Assembly: GCA_964019425.1 (NCBI GenBank)
Contig: OZ025784.1
Coordinates: 248,001-312,000, forward strand
Source: Flectonema sp. DT1601
Lineage: Eukaryota
Length of the DNA stretch: 64,000 nucleotides
Direction of reading: 5' to 3'
Below the pieces are notes generated by a model, which made no database searches, was not told the DNA's origin, and worked only from the letters and a program-made list of their open reading frames with translations. This document shows positions 58,892 through 64,000 of the stretch, in pieces. Position numbers and translations under genes: made by a program. The stretch's first letter is position 1; each line of letters starts with the position of its first letter.

Positions 58892-61135
58892 TAACACCAA
58901 TCAGTAATGGGTTAACAATCGTTATATATTATTAGCTGAAGTAGAATGAATACGAATACTTTAAACTCCTTCCAACTACCCTTTTCTTTTATTAAAAAAG
59001 GTATGTTCATCTTATCTATGGAGCAGTATATGACTCCACAGTCTGATGACAGTTCGTAGTTGTAGGAATCGTGAAAATTGGGAAGTTTTTTCTTATTCGA
59101 TCCGACACGCTGAATCTCCGTTGGTTTTTTAGAGGGAATCACGAACCGTAGTGAAAGAATCTTTTCAGGGGCATTTCGAGATTGGGTTTTCTATGTGACT
59201 GACTGCCTATGAATTAATTCACGAATAGCTTTTTTTTTATTCCAACACGTTTAGTGTCCTTTTTGACTCATTTTTCCCCGATAGGGGAAAAAAAACAAAC
59301 AAACATAACACCTATTCCCCCCCTAACACTATGTTTTTTTTTTGTTTTTTGTGTTTTGTTTTTCTTTTCAAAATTTTTTGTTTTTTTTTTTATCTAGCCC
59401 TTAAAAAAAAAAAAAAAAGAAAAAAGAAAAATAGAGCGGTAACAGCCTTACCAAAAAAGAAAGTTGTCAATTGTGCCTAGCCTTGATGATAATAATTGTG
59501 TCTTTTTTTTTTTTTTTTTTTTTTTTTAAATAATTTTTTTTAATTTAGCTTATATTAACAGCACACGTAAACCTTCTTTTGTCAATTAAGTTAGTTCACG
59601 ATTTTCATACGCAAAAAAAAAAAATCTCAGCAAGTGTTTTCTATTTTTCGTATTGTTTTTAAGTTAAAGAATGGATCTTTTTCTTTTATTGTTTATATGT
59701 ACCTACTAGTCGGTCTGATTTTTGAAAGAAAAATAAATTAGAGTCCTAACAGCAGCCGTCTGCTGTAAAAAATAATTTTTATTTATTCCTTCTACAACTG
59801 ATTAATGCGGTATCAAAGTAGTTGGGGGATGGGTTCCCCTCCTCTGACGATACTTTCGGGATGCGCAAAAGTACAAACAACGTTAGTTTTTTAATAAAAA
59901 CCAACCTAACAATCATTTTTTTTTTTTTTTTCCCCCTTTTCCCCTAATGTTCCCCTCCTTCAACGTTATATTTGACGCACGGTGGTTGCGCATGAACGGG
60001 GAAAAAAAAAAAAAAAAAAAAAGTTTTCGGTAATTAAATAAAACATAATATTTAGAACAACTTTTTTTTTTTTTTTTTTTTTTTTGTATTTTAAAGTTGT
60101 TGTTTGGTTTCGTCACTTTCTTCTATTCTATCAAATTCCTTTCCTCTATTCTATCAAATTCCTTTTTTTTTTTTTTTCCCCCATACCCTCAATCAAGATT
60201 CTTCGCGATACGTGTCGTGTCTCATGACTGAGTAGATCTCTCCCAATACAATCGGCATAGTGGTTTTCTGATTGTGATTTAAAACAATCAGAATTACTCG
60301 ACAGGAGATTGGTGTTGTTGTCGAGTTCGGATATTCCACAAGTGTATTCGTGTTATCTGATATTAATCTTTAAAGTTAGACTTCCCCCCTTTCTTATATT
60401 GGCAGTCAATTTCAGCACTTTTCTCGCTGTCTGTCTGTCTCAGGTTGCACAGCAGTCGCATGTTATTATTACCTGAATTATTTATATATATTTTTTTTAT
60501 TTTATTTTAAAAGAATCGCTCAGGTGCGATTGTGGGATCGAAGTATCCACAGGGATGTACTTTCACAGGGATGGTGATGTTTAAAAGGACCTCATTGTTG
60601 ATAATCCTCCTGTTTTCAGTCGTCTAAACATTCCAGACGACGATAATATTGATGGCTGTCAACAGAGAGCTCTCAAAGTTAGTACTTTCCCACAAAATCA
60701 GTCACACAAACATGTGATGTCAACCCTCCTGATTTTTAGACAGAAAAAATAGATCGAGGTGATGCGGTGAATTTAAATTGTTCCAGGTTATTCTACGTCT
60801 GTGAGAGTCTCACGGTTGCTGGTAGCGATATAACTGTTACCCTAACTGTGAGCTTTTCCTGGCTTTTGGCTTCCTTAGGCTTCGTAAATAAATAAATTCT
60901 GCTTCAATCGATCTGTTTTTTTTACTATTTTTTTTTTTTTTTTTTTGAAAATTTTGATTCAGAAGTTGGGTCGCAACCTTTTTTTTTTTTTTTTTTGATA
61001 TATTTTTGTTTTTTTGTTTGTGTTTTGGTTTTTTTTTTTATTCTCGTCACTTAAATCAGGTCCTTTTGTTCCCTTTTTTTTTTCCCTTTTCAATTTGTTA
61101 ACTTCGGGAATCCAATCAAATAGACGCTGACTCTT

Positions 61136-61249
61136 CCCGATGGCTAAAATATTTGTGAAATGCAACTGTTAAAACCATCGTTATGTTAACGCGATGCAAA
61201 ACAGTTGTATTTTACAAATTTAAGCATTCAATCCCCCCGATGGCTAAAA
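61136..61249. mobile_element. ~86-bp fold-back element between 14-bp direct repeats
   Basis: cccgatggctaaaa at 61136-61149 and 61236-61249; arms atttgtgaaatgcaactgtt / aacagttgtattttacaaat. Confidence 0.65.
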
Positions 61250-62381
61250 AAAACTTAGATTGCAGTAATTTCCTAATTTTTTTCGATTCACTGAGAAGCA
61301 TCGACGTGGGATGGACAACCCAGACGCTGTACTTTTTTTTTGTTTTACGTTAAAACTTCCTCCCTCTCAGTTTACTACTTATAATTCAGTCTTAGATACG
61401 CATCATTGATAATTTAGTTTTGTAACTTATATTTCTTTTCTTTGGAGGCCTGTGATAAGAACTGTAACGGAGATAGTTAGCTCAGTACGTGCTTTAGCCT
61501 TTGGCTTGTGGGGTGATCATTTATTTTTTCTTCAGGTCAGTTTGTGTCTCTTCCCATCAGTAAGCTCTCTCTGTGAGTTTTCTGGTATTTTAGTTTCCCT
61601 TGATTTCGATAATAAATATTACCCAGCATGATGTTGACAGTCGATTGAGAGGGTTCTGTTTGTGTAATTGTTTTTTTCGGTGGCTTATGAAATGCTGGGT
61701 ACCCAGTTGTCGTTAGTATTTTACATCGATCAAATTAATCCCCACAAAAAAATGAGTGACTTTTTGTTCTTCTTTGTGTCGTACTTCACACTGAGACGTG
61801 ACAAGTTGCTGTCGCGGACCAGTTCTTCATTCGAGTTCTGTGTTTTGAACGAAAGTTTAGAAAAAAAGAAGAAAAGTTTTTTTTAAAGGAGAAAAATAAC
61901 AAAAACGAAAGTACAAGTCCCTACTATTGGTTTGGTTTGTGGATGACTTGTCTCTGAAACTGAATCCACGACACCGGGTAAAAACTCTTTCGTTTAACTT
62001 GTGTACGAGTATCTTCTTAAAAACCGTCATCACATATTTTTCTCCGTGTCATCAGAACTTTCAGAAGTAACTTTAATTATTGTTGCCATCCCTGCCTTTC
62101 TGGAACTTTGCTTTTGGCAAACAACGTATTAATTTTTATTAGCGGGTTGGCAAATTCCCTTTTTTTTTTTTGTGGAGTTTTTTTCCTGTTCATTTTTCAG
62201 GTTCATCGTTTATCATGTTTGGTAGTTTACGGTTGTGTGAATTATATTATTATTTTTTATTAAACAAACCAGGATGACTAAGAGAAAACAAGAGAAAGAA
62301 GGGAATTCTTTGACGGCAGCACACTAATTTAAAATTTCTAATATTTCAAAAAACAGGGTATTTTAAAAAAAAACGACGACG

Positions 62382-63416
62382 ATGACTGCTGCGGACACCC
62401 TCCCTTGGGTTGAGAAGTACCGCCCGAGTACAGTTGAAGAAGTTTTGTCTCATGGAGATATAATTATGACGTTGACGAAGCTTGCTGATGGAAACAAATT
62501 ACCGCATTTGTTGCTTTATGGACCAGCTGGGACTGGAAAGACATCGACAGTGATGGCAGTCGCAAAAAGAATATATGGAGATCAAATCAAAAGTAATATC
62601 CTTGAACTCAACGCTTCCGATGACAGAGGTATCGACGTCGTCAGACATCAAATAAAAGATTTCGCATCAACTAAACAATTGTTTGGAAATTCACATAATT
62701 ACAAATTAGTTGTTTTAGATGAAGCTGATCAAATGACTAACGAAGCGCAAGCAGCCTTGAGACGTGTCATCGAACTGTACACCAGAAATGTTCGATTTTG
62801 TATAATTTGTAATTACGTTAATAAAATCTTACCGGCTATACAGTCTCGTTGTACAAGGTTTAGATTCGGTCCTTTACCAAAGAAAATGGTTGTGTCGAGA
62901 CTTCAGGAGATTGTGGAAATAGAAAAGATTCCATTTAGCACTGAAGCACTAGGGGCGGTTTATAAATTATCATCTGGGGATATGAGGAAAGGAGTTAACA
63001 TACTACAAGGAGCTTCTATGAGTATTATCGGTGATGAAGAGATTACTGCTGAAGCTGTGTATGATGCGACTGGCTCTCCGTCACCTGAAACAATGAGGAA
63101 GATTGTTGAAGTTACGATGATGTCGTCTTTGAAAGAATCACTTTTGACAATTAGAAATATATTAACAGAGAAGGGTCTCGCTCTTCAAGATGTCATTCGT
63201 GAGATCCATCCATGGATATCTAGAATGGTAATGAAAAACGATCTCAGATGCTGGGCAATCGACAAACTCTCTTCAATAGAACACGAGCTCAGCTTCTCCT
63301 GCAACGACAAACTACAGATCCTATCCCTCGTCTCAATGCTTCAGTTAGTCAGGATAAGCATCACTGAAGACAAACATATATCATCATTATGTGTCAAGGG
63401 ATACATGGAAGAGTAA
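62382..63416 (+). CDS. RFC5: Replication factor C small subunit (human RFC5 / yeast Rfc3 type)
   Basis: LPWVEKYRP, LPHLLLYGPAGTGKT, LELNASDDRGIDVVR, LDEAD, AQAALRRVIE, SRC motif. Confidence 0.95.
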   Translation: MTAADTLPWVEKYRPSTVEEVLSHGDIIMTLTKLADGNKLPHLLLYGPAGTGKTSTVMAVAKRIYGDQIKSNILELNASDDRGIDVVRHQIKDFASTKQLFGNSHNYKLVVLDEADQMTNEAQAALRRVIELYTRNVRFCIICNYVNKILPAIQSRCTRFRFGPLPKKMVVSRLQEIVEIEKIPFSTEALGAVYKLSSGDMRKGVNILQGASMSIIGDEEITAEAVYDATGSPSPETMRKIVEVTMMSSLKESLLTIRNILTEKGLALQDVIREIHPWISRMVMKNDLRCWAIDKLSSIEHELSFSCNDKLQILSLVSMLQLVRISITEDKHISSLCVKGYMEE

Positions 63417-63811
63417 TCAACTGTGTTCATTGTATTATGGTTATTTATTATTAAATATTTTGTGGGAAACGAGTCGGTCAGAGGCTTTTAGCCTAGGAGA
63501 CCTATTGCGGTTAACGGAACGACCTGATGCAAGAGAAGAGATCATTCTGATTGTCTTTAATTTTACTGATGTGTATTTGAACACAATTTCTTTTTTTTGG
63601 TGTCGAGACGTTCGCAATCAGTGTCCTGTTCTTCGTAACAGAGATGAATTAAATAATCATTTCTTGTGTTAACAGTTTTGTATTCTATTTTTTTTTTGTC
63701 AGAATTGAAACCTGAATAAAATGATCCTGATTCTGGATACTACGATCATCAGTTCAAATGTTTATTATTATTATTATTTTTGTTTACTTCAGGGAGGGGA
63801 ATCACAAGAAG

Positions 63812-64000
63812 ATGTCTTCAACAATTGAGAAACCGAAACTAAACATCTGCGTAGTCGGAAGTCCCAGAAGTGGGAAGAGTACTTTGATGGGTCAGTTGAT
63901 CCTTTTGAACGGCGCTATTGACGAAAGGCAGATGAAAATATTTGAAACAGAAGCCAAGAAAAGAGGAAAAGCCAACATGAAGTACGCTTGGATAAGTGAC
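63812..64000 (+). CDS. N-terminus of an EF-1alpha/HBS1/eRF3-family translational GTPase, truncated by window end
   Basis: MSSTIEKPKLNICVVGSPRSGKSTLMGQLILLNGAIDERQMKIFETEAKKRGKANMKYAWISD; not in the ORF track. Confidence 0.85.
   Translation, partial: MSSTIEKPKLNICVVGSPRSGKSTLMGQLILLNGAIDERQMKIFETEAKKRGKANMKYAWISD

Overview
Eukaryotic, AT-rich, homopolymer-rich DNA, most likely from a euglenozoan such as a diplonemid. This is inferred from a kinetoplastid-like SAH hydrolase, a strictly one-strand gene cluster, polypyrimidine-AG sites before start codons and short GT-AG introns. Positions 1-21.6 kb are a nest of repeats. It holds a hairpin-rich ~120/240-bp satellite and two unclassified mobile families: family 1 is a 1.36-kb concatemeric non-coding element, and family 2 is a ~400-bp terminal segment fused to the satellite and probably to a coiled-coil ORF. 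The two families share a covarying stem-loop next to an invariant terminus (..GAAATTCA) and insert into each other without a TSD. The nest also holds a hAT-like DNA transposon with a 5-bp TSD (one copy with both ends, one deleted) and a Mutator-like element carrying tRNA-like boxes and LSU rRNA fragments. Positions 22.6-64 kb are a directional cluster of about 13 plus-strand genes: a 986-aa unknown protein, a FYVE protein, SAH hydrolase, a vWA protein, a membrane protein, a WW/MIB-HERC2 protein, a DBP2/DDX5 helicase with a WG/GW-rich N-terminus, an EF-hand-like protein, a hybrid GAF histidine kinase, NAXD, a small ORF, RFC5 and a divergent EF-1alpha-family GTPase. One further TIR element interrupts the cluster. 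All five cis-introns end in A/C-rich rather than pyrimidine-rich tracts. All calls were made by eye; no searches were run.
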